Source of the DNA: Desulfobacterales bacterium
GTDB lineage: Bacteria > Desulfobacterota > Desulfobacteria > Desulfobacterales > UBA5852
DNA: 64,000 bases
Direction: 5' to 3'
Assembly: GCA_963674755.2 (NCBI GenBank)
Contig: CAXXVS010000003.1
Coordinates: forward strand, 2,304,001-2,368,000
The notes under the pieces were generated by a model. That model saw nothing but the letters and a program-made list of their open reading frames with translations, made no database searches and was not told the DNA's origin. A program made the translations under genes and the position numbers. The stretch's first letter is position 1, and each line of letters starts with the position of its first letter. This document shows, in pieces, positions 39,845 to 50,030 of the stretch.

Positions 39845-40659
39845 TACATAAATTTCCGGCGGGCAAGGGTGCTGAACTGCTCCACCACGATCACCAGAAA
39901 GAAAATGCACAAAATGATGGTGGCGGCCTCCTGGTACTGGAACATGTCCATGGCCACCTTGAGTTCGATGCCGATGCCGCCCGCCCCCACCAGCCCCAAG
40001 ACCACCGAAGAGCGCACCGCCTTCTCCAGGGCAAAGAGCGACGAGTTGACAAAGGACGGCATGGCGGCCGGCACGATGGATGCCAGCACGATGTCCAGGC
40101 GGCGGCCTCCGATGACCCGCAGCGCTTCCTCGGGGCCCGGATCCACCTCTTCCATGGCCTCGGCGAAGAAGCGCCCGCAAAAGCCCACCGTATCGACGAT
40201 GATGGTCAGGGTTCCCGCAAAAACACCCAGCCCCACCGAGGCTACGAACATCACCGCCCAGACCAGATCGGGCACGGACCGACAGAAGGCGATGATAAAT
40301 CGTGTGACGACATATACCAGCGGGTGAGGGGTGTTGCGCCGGGAGGCCAGCACCGCCAAGACGAAGCTGATGGCGATCCCGACAACCGCGCCCACCAGGC
40401 CCATCTGGAAGGTTTGCAGGAGGGCTTTGGAAATGCTTGCCATCCGGCCGAGATCCGGCGGGGACATCTCCCGCAGCAAGCGCGCCATATTGGGGATGCC
40501 CCGCATCAGATCCGTCAGAGAAAGCCCGCTGCCCTTGAGTGACCACAGGAAAAAGGCCAGTCCTAAAACGTAGAGCAGAAATTGCCACGCCGGCGGCCGT
40601 TCAAAGCGGCCGGGGAGATGGGCGTGGGGCATCGGACGGCTTTCAGTGATAGATGGCAT
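39844..40659 (-). CDS. phnE: Phosphonate ABC permease
   Basis: RSVPDLVWA, FFAEAMEEVD, GLVGAGGIG. Confidence 0.9.
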   Translation of the reverse strand: MPSITESRPMPHAHLPGRFERPPAWQFLLYVLGLAFFLWSLKGSGLSLTDLMRGIPNMARLLREMSPPDLGRMASISKALLQTFQMGLVGAVVGIAISFVLAVLASRRNTPHPLVYVVTRFIIAFCRSVPDLVWAVMFVASVGLGVFAGTLTIIVDTVGFCGRFFAEAMEEVDPGPEEALRVIGGRRLDIVLASIVPAAMPSFVNSSLFALEKAVRSSVVLGLVGAGGIGIELKVAMDMFQYQEAATIILCIFFLVIVVEQFSTLARRKFM

Positions 40660-41434
40660 TCAAGTCCCCTTTGGAAAAGTCTTGGGTGGGGCCGTTGATG
40701 ACCAGCTGCCCCCGGCGCAGAGCGAGGAGGCGGTTCGAGTACTGCAAGGCATGCTCCAGATCGTGGGAAATATAGAGCAGGGTGATGTTTTCTTCACGGA
40801 TGAGATCGACGAAGAGTTCCATCACCTCCCGGCCCACCTTGGGATCCAGGCTGGCCACAGGTTCGTCGGCCATGATGAAGTCCGGCTGCTGCATCAAGGC
40901 GCGGGCAATGGCGATCCGCTGGGACTCTCCTCCCGAGAGCTGATCGGCCCGGCTGGCCGCCAAGTGGGACAGCCCGACTTTGGCCAGGCAGGCCATGGCC
41001 TCTTCCCGCAGCGCCTGGGGCGCCATACAATGGCGCCAGGTGCGCATCCCCCCCTTGCGTCCCATGGCCCCATGGACCACATTGGTCAGCACCGACAAGC
41101 GGGGAACCAGGTTGTGGCGCTGAAAAATCAGGCCCACCCGGGAGCGGACCCGCCGCAGCTGGGGTTCGCTCAGGGAAGCGATGCTTTGGCGCAGGAAGAA
41201 GATCTCGCCTTCGTCCGGTTCGACCAGGCCCAGGCAGCAGCGCAACAGGGTGGATTTGCCGCTGCCGTTGCCTCCGATGAGGGCCACGGCTTCGCTCCGG
41301 GCAACGCTGAACGTCACGTCCGCCAGCACCGCGCCGCGCCCATGGTAGGATTTACCCAGGGAATCGACCTTGAGGTGGATGTTCTCTTCCCCGGCCGGGG
41401 ATTCCCGGCGGTGGGGTTCCGGATGGACCAGCAT
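40643..41434 (-). CDS. phnC: Phosphonate ABC ATPase
   Basis: GGNGSGKST, LSGGESQR, ADEPVASLDP. Confidence 0.9.
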   Translation of the reverse strand: MLVHPEPHRRESPAGEENIHLKVDSLGKSYHGRGAVLADVTFSVARSEAVALIGGNGSGKSTLLRCCLGLVEPDEGEIFFLRQSIASLSEPQLRRVRSRVGLIFQRHNLVPRLSVLTNVVHGAMGRKGGMRTWRHCMAPQALREEAMACLAKVGLSHLAASRADQLSGGESQRIAIARALMQQPDFIMADEPVASLDPKVGREVMELFVDLIREENITLLYISHDLEHALQYSNRLLALRRGQLVINGPTQDFSKGDLNAIYH

Positions 41435-41442
41435 GGCGCCTC

Positions 41443-42333
41443 CTATTCCACGAAGCCGGCGAACTGGGAATAGCCGATGGTGCGGTACATGGCGCGCACG
41501 TAGGTGTAGTCCGCGTCTTTGACCGTCGGAATGAATTTCATGCCGGCATATTTCTTGTTGTCTTCGCCTTCCAGGATGGCCTGGACCAATTCGGCGGAAT
41601 TCTGGGTGAAGACCTGTTTCACCTTGGCGACCGTCTGGGGATCCACATGCCGGCCGGCCAGCAATACGTCGTTGGGCAGGTCCGGCCCGCGCGCGATCAC
41701 CTTGAAGGCCCCGGGTTCCATGTCTTTTTCCTTCCCGCGCAGTTTCAGAAACTTGTCGGTGGTCATGCCCCAGGCGGCCACATCACCGCGTTTGAGGGAC
41801 AGCCAGCCCAGGTCGACGCTGGTATGGATCACCTCCACATCCTTTAGCGGGTCCAGCCCATTGTCGGCCAGGATCTGCATCGGGGCCAGATGCTTGGATG
41901 TGGAGCCCACGGCACCGATGGCGACCTTGCGGCCCTTGAGATCGGCAACGCTGTTGATGCCGCTGTCCGCCAGCACGATCAGCGAGCAGTAATAATCCGG
42001 CCGGGAAAAGCCGATAATCGGCTCCGCATTGGTCAGCTGTTTGAACACCACATATTCCGCCGGGCCGGTGAGCACGAAGTCGACATTGTGGGATTTGACC
42101 GCTTCCACCGCGGCCGTTCGGTTGGGCACCGGGTAGAATTCGACCGCCATGCCCAGCTTGGCCGCCAGCAGATCGCGGAAAGCGCCGAATTCGCGCTGCA
42201 GCATTTCCAACCCTTCGATGTCCGTAACGGCGATACGCAAGGTTTCCGTAGCTGCGATGCCGTGGTGTGGAACCCCTGCCCATGTGGCGGCAAGGACAAG
42301 CAGAACGAAGATCATCGTGGTTGCTCTTTTCAT
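41443..42333 (-). CDS. phnD: Phosphonate ABC substrate-binding protein
   Basis: Signal peptide, DLKGRKVA, GSTSKHL, LPND. Confidence 0.85.
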   Translation of the reverse strand: MKRATTMIFVLLVLAATWAGVPHHGIAATETLRIAVTDIEGLEMLQREFGAFRDLLAAKLGMAVEFYPVPNRTAAVEAVKSHNVDFVLTGPAEYVVFKQLTNAEPIIGFSRPDYYCSLIVLADSGINSVADLKGRKVAIGAVGSTSKHLAPMQILADNGLDPLKDVEVIHTSVDLGWLSLKRGDVAAWGMTTDKFLKLRGKEKDMEPGAFKVIARGPDLPNDVLLAGRHVDPQTVAKVKQVFTQNSAELVQAILEGEDNKKYAGMKFIPTVKDADYTYVRAMYRTIGYSQFAGFVE

Positions 42334-42501
42334 CTGTGTCTCTCCTTATGGGATGTCTGTTGGGGGATGCACCGGGAGGCGCTAGGACGGTAATGATCAA
42401 CTCCCGGCCGATGGCTACCGAGACTGCCGCGCCCCTGTTAATCGAACATGAGCCTAACGTTAGCTTCATATCTGCTTAACTGATTTATTTTTATAAGGTT
42501 T

Positions 42502-42516
42502 ATAAAGAATTCTTAT
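42502..42516. promoter_or_regulatory. LysR T-N11-A operator
   Basis: ATAA-agaattc-TTAT between divergent phnD and LysR. Confidence 0.6.
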
Positions 42517-42535
42517 ATGCGGAGGCGCGACCGGC

Positions 42536-43429
42536 GTGGACTTTACCTTGAAACAGCTTCAGGTGTTCGTGGCCGTGGTGACCCATGGCAGCACCCTGGC
42601 CGCATCACGAACGCTGCACCTCTCCCAGCCCGCGGTCAGTGCGGCGTTGGCGGAATTGGAGAACCATCTCGGCTCGGCCCTTTTCGACCGTTGGAAAAAA
42701 CGGCTGGTGCTCAACGAAAGGGGCCGCGCCCTGCTTCCCATGGCCCGGCTCCTGCTGGCCAATGCCCACGATCTGGGCCAGATGTTCGGGAGCGGAGACC
42801 ATCAGGTAGGCGGGGTTCTACGCCTGGGCGCCAGCCTTACGATGGCCAGCTACATCCTGCCGGATGTCCTGTCCGCCTATACGGCGGCGCATCCCTCGGT
42901 GAAGGTGGAGGTGGTCTGCCGCAACAAGGTTGGAATTCTGGCCCAGGTGGAGGATTTTTCCATCGACATCGGTTTGGTTGCGGGCACCGGCAACACCGCC
43001 CAACTGGAAAGCCGCCCCTGGCGGACGGATGAGCTGTGTGTGTTTGCAGACGCGGGCCATCCATTGGCCGCAAAACCGCGCGTGACAGCGGCCGATTTGG
43101 CGCAAAGCCAGTGGATATTGAGGGAGGAGGGTTCCGGTACGCTGGAAGTCTTCCGGAACGCATTGCCGCCCGGAGGCCTGCCGATCAGGCCCGTTATGGA
43201 ATTTGACAATCCCGAATCCATCAAACGGGCGGTTGAAGGCGGCCGTGCGCTTAGCTGTCTTTCCCGTGCGGCCGTGACGCGCGAGGTCGAGGCCGGGCGG
43301 TTGGCGATCCTGCCCACGCCCTATCTCGATTTGCGCCGCGCCTATTTTCTGCTGGTCCACCAGCGGCGATTTCAGAGTCCGCTACTGGAGTCCTTTTTAA
43401 GCTTTTGCTGCGCCCTCGCGTCCATATAG
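42536..43429 (+). CDS. LysR-family regulator (YeiE/CysL-like)
   Basis: FTLKQLQVF..SQPAVS, REEGSGT. Confidence 0.93.
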   Translation: MDFTLKQLQVFVAVVTHGSTLAASRTLHLSQPAVSAALAELENHLGSALFDRWKKRLVLNERGRALLPMARLLLANAHDLGQMFGSGDHQVGGVLRLGASLTMASYILPDVLSAYTAAHPSVKVEVVCRNKVGILAQVEDFSIDIGLVAGTGNTAQLESRPWRTDELCVFADAGHPLAAKPRVTAADLAQSQWILREEGSGTLEVFRNALPPGGLPIRPVMEFDNPESIKRAVEGGRALSCLSRAAVTREVEAGRLAILPTPYLDLRRAYFLLVHQRRFQSPLLESFLSFCCALASI

Positions 43430-43596
43430 AAGATGGGATGCGCGGCTGCCATCCGGCAGTTGAAAACGCTAAAGACGCATTGATTCCGACTGCATTGTGG
43501 TTACGTTCTATAAATAGCGAGCATATTGCGAATTTCTTTGCCGCTAGGCTCACCAAATGGATTTCACAAGGTCGTCCGTATTAGGAGCAACTGGCC

Positions 43597-44145
43597 ATGT
43601 CGAGGGATGATATCAAGGTTAAGGACCGCGACGTCCTCCTGTGGGACAACACTACCACCCATCTTAGCCGGTTCTGGCAGGAAGGCCCCTTGGTGCTGGT
43701 TTTCCTGCGGCACTACGGGTGACCATTCTGCCGCGAGCAGGCGGTGCAGTTGCGCCGCAAGGCCAAGGCGTTTCGGGAACTCGGGGCCCAGGTGGTCCTG
43801 GTGGGGCTTGGCACGCCCGAGGAGACGGCCGCGTTCAGGAAGCGCTATGCGATTCCCTTCCCCATGATTGCCGATCCGGAAAAGGCGCTCTACAAGGCCT
43901 TCCATCTTAAACAAGCCTCGGCCGCTGCTTTTCTGTCGCCGGGCATGGCCGTCAAAGGGGTGTCGGCCCTGCTGCGGGGCTACGGCATCGGTTTGCCCAC
44001 CGGGGATGTGCGGCAGCTACCCGGGGTGTTCATCATCGACACGCACGGTGTTATCCGCTACCGCTATTTTGCCGAAGGGCCGGCCGATCACCCGGCACCC
44101 GATGTGCTTCTGGAGAAGATCCGGGCCGATCTGACGACGGCCTGA
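43597..44145 (+). CDS. Peroxiredoxin-like (AhpC/TSA, PRXL2-type) selenoprotein, Sec at TGA 43720-43722
   Basis: AGGAG RBS, ATG 43597, LVLVFLRHYG-U-PFCREQ, in frame with ORF 43744-44145 (QLPGVFIID). Confidence 0.85.
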
Positions 44146-44239
44146 AATTGCAGCCGCCATCAAGGCGGTGTCTCCCGTGTACGCTGATAGCGCTCCCCGG
44201 CGTGATGAATTCGCAATACGTCTTTGAGAGCGTTGTTAT

Positions 44240-44310
44240 GTCATCTTCGCGTGGGCGGGGATTCCGGCATTTCAGTTTTTTTCGGTCTCCCGCCTTCGCG
44301 GGAGCGACGG
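44240..44310. repeat. REP-like doublet (family C), degenerate
   Basis: gtcatcttcgcgtgggcggggattcc ... tcccgccttcgcgggagcgac; similar to 51017-51083. Confidence 0.65.
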
Positions 44311-44712
44311 TGGGGCGGCTCTTTGCGACATCATCCTCCGATGTCTTTGTTCCGTAATTCGTTGCAGGATCGATGCCGACCGTATACCTGCCCTGGCGGT
44401 CTTCCAAAATCGACCGTATCCATTTGAAATTATTTTTAAAAATGTCATTTTTGTCGTTTTCGTCGCAATCGGCGGCGCGCGGCCTGGGGAGAGCGAATTT
44501 CTTCCCGATCGGGACAAAATTGGGGATAGACAATTAACATATTGAAAATATTATAGAAAATATTTTTCTTCCATCTATATTTTTGCTTGCAATCGGTAAG
44601 AAAAAGTCTATATTCGCGCAAACAGACCGGATGCAAATGCGGTCTGAAAAGCCGGTTTCCCCCGGCGGGCGCCGGATTTCCCAAACTTTTCTATAAAAGG
44701 ACGAACCGAACA

Positions 44713-46026
44713 ATGAGCGTGATACGCAAGCGCAAAGAGCAGCTGATGACCACCCCGGTCCAGGCTGCCCAGGAAGGGGAAGACGACCCTCCCGATCCCA
44801 ACCCGTGTCTGGCCAATGGCATTCCCTTGACCATTGCCAAGCCCGCCGGACGCATCGTCCGGTTCCCCGCCCCGCAGCGTGCCGTGGTTCCGAACCCGGC
44901 CACCCGATCCTTTCGCAAAAAGCATTTCGCCCACGTACCGACCAAACTCTGGAATGACTGGCAGTGGCAAACCAGCCACCGCATCCGCTCCCTGGCCCAG
45001 CTGGAGACGATGATCGTCCTGTCGGACGAGGAACGGGCCGCCTTTGCACGACCGGACACGGCCCTGCCCCTGGGGATCACGCCCTACTACATGAGCCTGG
45101 TCTCCCCGGACGATCCCCATCAGCCCGTCCGGCGCAGTGTCATTCCCACCGTGTACGAGACGGTGCGCTCCGCCGGGGAAGCCGACGACCCGCTGGGGGA
45201 AGAGGCCATGAGTCCGGTTCCCGGTCTGGTGCACCGCTACCCGGACCGTGTGCTGCTGCTGCTCTCGGACTTCTGCTCCACCTACTGCCGCTACTGCACC
45301 CGCTCCCGCGTGGTGGGCCATGGGGCCATCCATCCCAGCCGCAGCCGGTTGGAGCGGGCCTTGGCTTACATCGAGCAGACCCCGGCCGTGCGCGACGTGC
45401 TGCTCTCCGGCGGCGACCCCCTCATGCTGGGCGATGACAAGCTGGCCTGGATCCTGTCCCGGCTGCGCCAGATTCCCCATGTGGAGATCGTGCGTATCGG
45501 CACCAAGGTGCCGGTCGTGCTGCCCCAGCGCATCACCCCGCAGCTGGTGCGCATGCTGCGCCGCTATCACCCCCTGTGGATGAGCCTGCATTTCACCCAT
45601 CCGGATGAAGCCACTCCCGAAACCCACCGCGCCTGCGCCATGCTGGCCGATGCCGGCATTCCGCTGGGATCCCAGACCGTGCTGCTGCAGGGCATCAACG
45701 ACAACCTGGATACCATGCGCGCCCTTGTTCACAACCTGCTCAAGATGCGGGTCCGACCCTATTACCTGTACCAGTGCGACCCGATTTCCGGCTCGGCCCA
45801 TTTCCGCACGCCCATTGCCAAGGGATTGGAGATCATTCGCGGCCTGCGGGGATTCACCAGCGGTTACGCCGTACCCACCTACGTGGTGGACGCCCCTGGC
45901 GGCGGCGGCAAGATCCCCCTGATGCCCGATTACGTGGTGGGCCGGGAAGAAGACGCCCTGGTCCTGCGCAATTACGAAAACAACCATTACCGTTATCCGG
46001 AAGCCTGCCCAAGCGGGAACACCTAA
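44713..46026 (+). CDS. kamA: KamA-family radical SAM, lysine 2,3-aminomutase-like
   Basis: WNDWQWQ, HRYPDR, CSTYCRYC, SGGDPL, YLYQCD, VVDAPGGGGK. Confidence 0.88.
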   Translation: MSVIRKRKEQLMTTPVQAAQEGEDDPPDPNPCLANGIPLTIAKPAGRIVRFPAPQRAVVPNPATRSFRKKHFAHVPTKLWNDWQWQTSHRIRSLAQLETMIVLSDEERAAFARPDTALPLGITPYYMSLVSPDDPHQPVRRSVIPTVYETVRSAGEADDPLGEEAMSPVPGLVHRYPDRVLLLLSDFCSTYCRYCTRSRVVGHGAIHPSRSRLERALAYIEQTPAVRDVLLSGGDPLMLGDDKLAWILSRLRQIPHVEIVRIGTKVPVVLPQRITPQLVRMLRRYHPLWMSLHFTHPDEATPETHRACAMLADAGIPLGSQTVLLQGINDNLDTMRALVHNLLKMRVRPYYLYQCDPISGSAHFRTPIAKGLEIIRGLRGFTSGYAVPTYVVDAPGGGGKIPLMPDYVVGREEDALVLRNYENNHYRYPEACPSGNT

Positions 46027-46115
46027 TAACACGCCTACAGCCTGGATGATCGGGGGAGACCCATGGGGGCGGAACGTCCGCCAGGGGTCCGCTCCCGTTC
46101 CGGGAGGAGACCATC

Positions 46116-46637
46116 ATGACCGTTATTCGGCCGACCTTGTGCGCCCGTTGCGCCCGGCAGGGCAAGACCTGCTGCCAGGGTCGGGAAATCTATCTTACCC
46201 CCGGCGATCGGGAGCGCATTCGTTCCATCACGGGCACGCTCGATTTTGTCGAATGGACCGCCGCGGCGGATCCGTCCTATCGGGACCAGGATGACGATCC
46301 CCTGTGGCAGCGCCACGTCTTCGACGACGACGGACGGCGCCGGATCTTAAAGCGCCGCCCCGACGGGAACTGCTTTTTTCTGGACGCCCAGGGCTGCCGG
46401 CTGCCCATGGAGGTGCGTCCCCTGTTGTGCCGGCTGCACCCCCTGACCTACACGGCCGACCGCATCGATGCCGAAGCGGACGGCGAGTGCCCGCGGCACC
46501 TCCTGTTCGCCGACGAGTCGGTATGGGAGGCCGTTCACATCACCATGGATCTGGCGTGCCAGTGGCACCGCCAGCTCTACGAGGAGATCATGACCGATGT
46601 GCATGACGATTGGATTGACCTACGACCTTCGCTCTGA
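46116..46637 (+). CDS. YkgJ-family cysteine-cluster protein
   Basis: CARC....CC, CFFLD..GC, RPLLCRLHP. Confidence 0.85.
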   Translation: MTVIRPTLCARCARQGKTCCQGREIYLTPGDRERIRSITGTLDFVEWTAAADPSYRDQDDDPLWQRHVFDDDGRRRILKRRPDGNCFFLDAQGCRLPMEVRPLLCRLHPLTYTADRIDAEADGECPRHLLFADESVWEAVHITMDLACQWHRQLYEEIMTDVHDDWIDLRPSL

Positions 46638-47613
46638 GTATCTGGCGGAGGGGTTTACGGAAGAAGAAACCGCCGAGTTCGACCGCGACGACACCGTGGC
46701 CGCCATCGAACTGGCCCTGCATTCCCTGGGGCACCGCATCGAGCGCATCGGGCACGCCCGCCAGCTGGCGGCGGCCCTGGTGGCCGGACGGCGCTGGGAC
46801 CTGGTCTTCAATATCGCCGAAGGGATGGACGGCATCGGCCGGGAGGCCCAGGTGCCGGCCCTCCTGGATCTTTACCGGATTCCCTACACCTTTTCGGATC
46901 CCCTGGTCATGAGCCTGACCCTGCACAAGGGCATGACCAAGCACGTGGTCCGGGATGCCGGCGTGCCCACCGCCGATTTTCGGGTGGCCGCAACCCCGGA
47001 CGACGCCCGGAGCGTGGCCTTTGCGCCGCCCTATTTCGTCAAGCCGGTGGCCGAGGGCACGGGCAAGGGGGTGACCCCGGAATCCATCGTGCGCCGGAAG
47101 CGTGATCTTGTGCCGGTCTGCCGACAGTTGATCGCGACCTTCCACCAGCCGGTGATCATCGAACCCTACCTGCCCGGCCGGGAATTCACCACGGGCATCG
47201 TGGGCACCGGCGCGGACGCCCGGGCCCTGGGCACCATCGAGGTGATCCTTCTGGAGACGGCCGAGCAAGGGGTCTACTCCTACGTGAACAAGGAGGAATG
47301 CGACACCCGGGTCGTCTACCGGCTGATGCGCCCGGAAGACGATCCGGTGGTGGCCGAGGCCGAAGCCGTGGCCCTGGCGGCCTGGCGGGCCCTGGGATGC
47401 CGGGACGCGGGGCGCCTGGATCTGCGCTGCGACAAAAAGGGACGCCCGATGTTCATGGAGGTCAACCCCTTGGCGGGCATCCATCCCGAGCATTCGGACC
47501 TGCCCATCATCTGCAACCACCTGGGGGTGCCCTACCGCGAGCTCATCGGCTGGATCGTGGCCTCGGCCGCCGTCCGCATTCCGGGGCTGACACGTCTGCA
47601 GGAGGCGGCCTGA
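46597..47613 (+). CDS. ATP-grasp ligase (D-Ala-D-Ala ligase-like) 1
   Basis: VFNIAEG, KPVAEGTGKG, GREFT, RLDLR, EVNP. Confidence 0.88.
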   Translation: MCMTIGLTYDLRSEYLAEGFTEEETAEFDRDDTVAAIELALHSLGHRIERIGHARQLAAALVAGRRWDLVFNIAEGMDGIGREAQVPALLDLYRIPYTFSDPLVMSLTLHKGMTKHVVRDAGVPTADFRVAATPDDARSVAFAPPYFVKPVAEGTGKGVTPESIVRRKRDLVPVCRQLIATFHQPVIIEPYLPGREFTTGIVGTGADARALGTIEVILLETAEQGVYSYVNKEECDTRVVYRLMRPEDDPVVAEAEAVALAAWRALGCRDAGRLDLRCDKKGRPMFMEVNPLAGIHPEHSDLPIICNHLGVPYRELIGWIVASAAVRIPGLTRLQEAA

Positions 47614-48677
47614 TGAAGATCGCCATCCTGCACGACACCGTTGCCGCCGCCGCCGCTCCCGACGCCCAGGACACGATGGTCCAGGTCGAGGCCGTGGCCC
47701 AGGCGCTCAAAGCGCTGGGCCATAAAGCGGCCCACCTGCCCTGCACCCTGAACCTGGCCGCCCTGCAGGCTACCCTGCGCCGGGGGAAGATCGAGGGCGT
47801 CTTCAACCTGGTGGAATCCATCGACGGCCAGGGCCGCCTGATCCACCTGCCGCTCTTCTGCCTGGACGCCATGGGCATGCCCTACAGCGGCGCCCGGGCC
47901 GAGAGCATGCTGCTGACCTCCAATAAAATCCTGGCCAAGCAGGGGATGGCTGCGGCCGGCATTTCGACCCCGTCCTGGGTCGGCCCCTGGCCGGGGACCG
48001 CACCGGCCCCTGCCAGCGCGTCATCGCCGCGCGGGACCTGGATTATCAAGTCGGTCTGGGAGCACGCCTCCATCGGCCTGGGACCCCACAGCCTGATCGA
48101 AGACGTTACGGCCAATGCGGTTTTTTCCCTGCTCAAGTCCCGCGCGGACGGGCTGGGGGGCGTATGCTTCGCCGAGCGCTTCGTCGCGGGCCGCGAGTTC
48201 AACCTCTCGCTGCTGGCCGGGCCCGCAGGGCCCGAAGTGCTGCCCCCGGCGGAGATCATTTTCGAGGGGTTCCGTGACGACATGCCCCGTATCGTGGACT
48301 ACCGGGCCAAGTGGGATGCCACGGCCTTCGCATACCACCACACGCCCCGGCGGTTTGACTTCGCCACCGCCGATGACGATCTTCTGAAACGTCTGAAGGC
48401 CCTGGCGCGGCAGTGTTGGGACCATTTCGACCTGCGGGGCTATGCCCGGGTGGATTTTCGGGTGGACGACGCCGGCCGGCTCTGGGTGTTGGAAGTCAAT
48501 GCCAACCCCTGCCTGGCGCCCGACGCCGGTTTTGCCGCGGCGCTGGAGCGGGCCGCAATTCCTTACAACGCAGCCATCGAACGGATCGTGGCCGACGGGT
48601 TGGCTGCGATCGGATGCGATGTCCCGGGCCGACGGAGCATCCATGGGATCGGGGCACAGGCAAGCCAGGCCGCTTGA
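47613..48677 (+). CDS. ATP-grasp ligase (D-Ala-D-Ala ligase-like) 2
   Basis: TGATG coupling; FNLVES, EHASIG, GREFN, RVDFR, EVNANP. Confidence 0.88.
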   Translation: MKIAILHDTVAAAAAPDAQDTMVQVEAVAQALKALGHKAAHLPCTLNLAALQATLRRGKIEGVFNLVESIDGQGRLIHLPLFCLDAMGMPYSGARAESMLLTSNKILAKQGMAAAGISTPSWVGPWPGTAPAPASASSPRGTWIIKSVWEHASIGLGPHSLIEDVTANAVFSLLKSRADGLGGVCFAERFVAGREFNLSLLAGPAGPEVLPPAEIIFEGFRDDMPRIVDYRAKWDATAFAYHHTPRRFDFATADDDLLKRLKALARQCWDHFDLRGYARVDFRVDDAGRLWVLEVNANPCLAPDAGFAAALERAAIPYNAAIERIVADGLAAIGCDVPGRRSIHGIGAQASQAA

Positions 48678-48722
48678 CCGCCCTTGTTGACTGATCTGCC
48701 TGGATCATGATGGGGAACCGCG

Positions 48723-50030
48723 ATGGGTTTCGATGCCTTGATAACCGTGGTCGTTTTTCTGGCGGTCTATGTGTGTATCGCCTTTGAGTGGCTGAACAAG
48801 GCCATTGCCGCCCTGCTGGGGGTGATGGCCCTGCTCATTATGGGAGTGATCGACGATCACACCGCGGCCAGCTATATCGACTTCGAGACCATCATGCTGC
48901 TGATCGGCATGATGGGAATCGTGGCCGTTTTGAAAAAAACCGGCTTTTTCGCCATGACGGCCGTGCGCATCGCCAAATTGACCGGCGGGCAGCCCCTGCG
49001 GATCCTGGTGCTCTTCTGCGCGGCCACGGCGGTCATATCGGCCTTTCTGGACAACGTCACCACGGTTCTGATCATGGTGCCCATCATCATCGAACTGACC
49101 CGCGGCATGGGCCTGGATCCCAAGACCTACGTGGTGGCTCTGGCCATGGCCTCCAACCTGGGCGGAACGGCCACCCTGGTGGGCGATCCGCCCAACATCA
49201 TTATCGGGTCCATGGTGGGGCTGACCTTCAATCAGTTCATCGTCTATCTGATCGTCCCCGTGATGTTGGCCACCGTTGTCGTGATCGCCTATTTCCATGC
49301 GCGCAATCGCGAAAGCTTCCTGCCCATCGACAATGACCTGACCAAACTCTTCTCCGTGCAACTCCTCATCGAGAAGATCGAATTCGATTTCCGGACGGTC
49401 AAAATCGACCGCGTCTTCCTGACCAAGAGCCTGGCCTGTCTGGGGGTGGCCATTCTGCTGTTTGTCAGCCAGACCGTGACCGGTCTTTCACCGGGCGTGG
49501 TGGCCTTGACCGTGGCGCTGGTGCTGTTCATCATCACCCGGACGGAAATCGAAGAGATCCTGCTGGAGATCGAGTGGAGCACGCTGCTGTTTTTTGCCGG
49601 TCTTTTCATCCTGGTGGGCGCCATGGAACATAAGGGCGTCATCGCCTGGCTGGCCAACAACATTTTCCTGCGGGTCGGCGACAATCCTTATGTCATGACC
49701 CTGATGGTGCTGTGGGTGTCCGGCATCGTGTCGGGTTTCATGGACAACATCCCGTTTACGATCACCATGATACCCATCGTCCAAACCATGCTGGCGGCCC
49801 ATCCCGTGCCTCACCATATTCTGTGGTGGGCGCTTTCCCTGGGCGCCTGTCTGGGGGGCAACCTGACCCTGATCGGGGCCTCGGCCAACATCATTTCCGC
49901 GGGCATGCTCAAGAAGTACGGGTACGACATCTCCTTCGGCGCCTACACCCGCAAGAGTGCCCCCGGGGCCCTTCTTTCCCTGTTCATCAGTTCCATTGTT
50001 TTGATGGTCTATCTCTGGATCTTCCAATGA
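48723..50030 (+). CDS. ArsB/NhaD/SLC13 ion-transporter-superfamily permease
   Basis: SAFLDNVTT, GGTATLVGDPPN, DNIPF, GGNLTLIGASAN. Confidence 0.9.
   Translation: MGFDALITVVVFLAVYVCIAFEWLNKAIAALLGVMALLIMGVIDDHTAASYIDFETIMLLIGMMGIVAVLKKTGFFAMTAVRIAKLTGGQPLRILVLFCAATAVISAFLDNVTTVLIMVPIIIELTRGMGLDPKTYVVALAMASNLGGTATLVGDPPNIIIGSMVGLTFNQFIVYLIVPVMLATVVVIAYFHARNRESFLPIDNDLTKLFSVQLLIEKIEFDFRTVKIDRVFLTKSLACLGVAILLFVSQTVTGLSPGVVALTVALVLFIITRTEIEEILLEIEWSTLLFFAGLFILVGAMEHKGVIAWLANNIFLRVGDNPYVMTLMVLWVSGIVSGFMDNIPFTITMIPIVQTMLAAHPVPHHILWWALSLGACLGGNLTLIGASANIISAGMLKKYGYDISFGAYTRKSAPGALLSLFISSIVLMVYLWIFQ

Noticed and set aside
47298..50026. N-terminal extensions of ORFs 47298 and 49712
   Set aside because: They overlap upstream genes; coupled starts at 47613 and 50027 fit better
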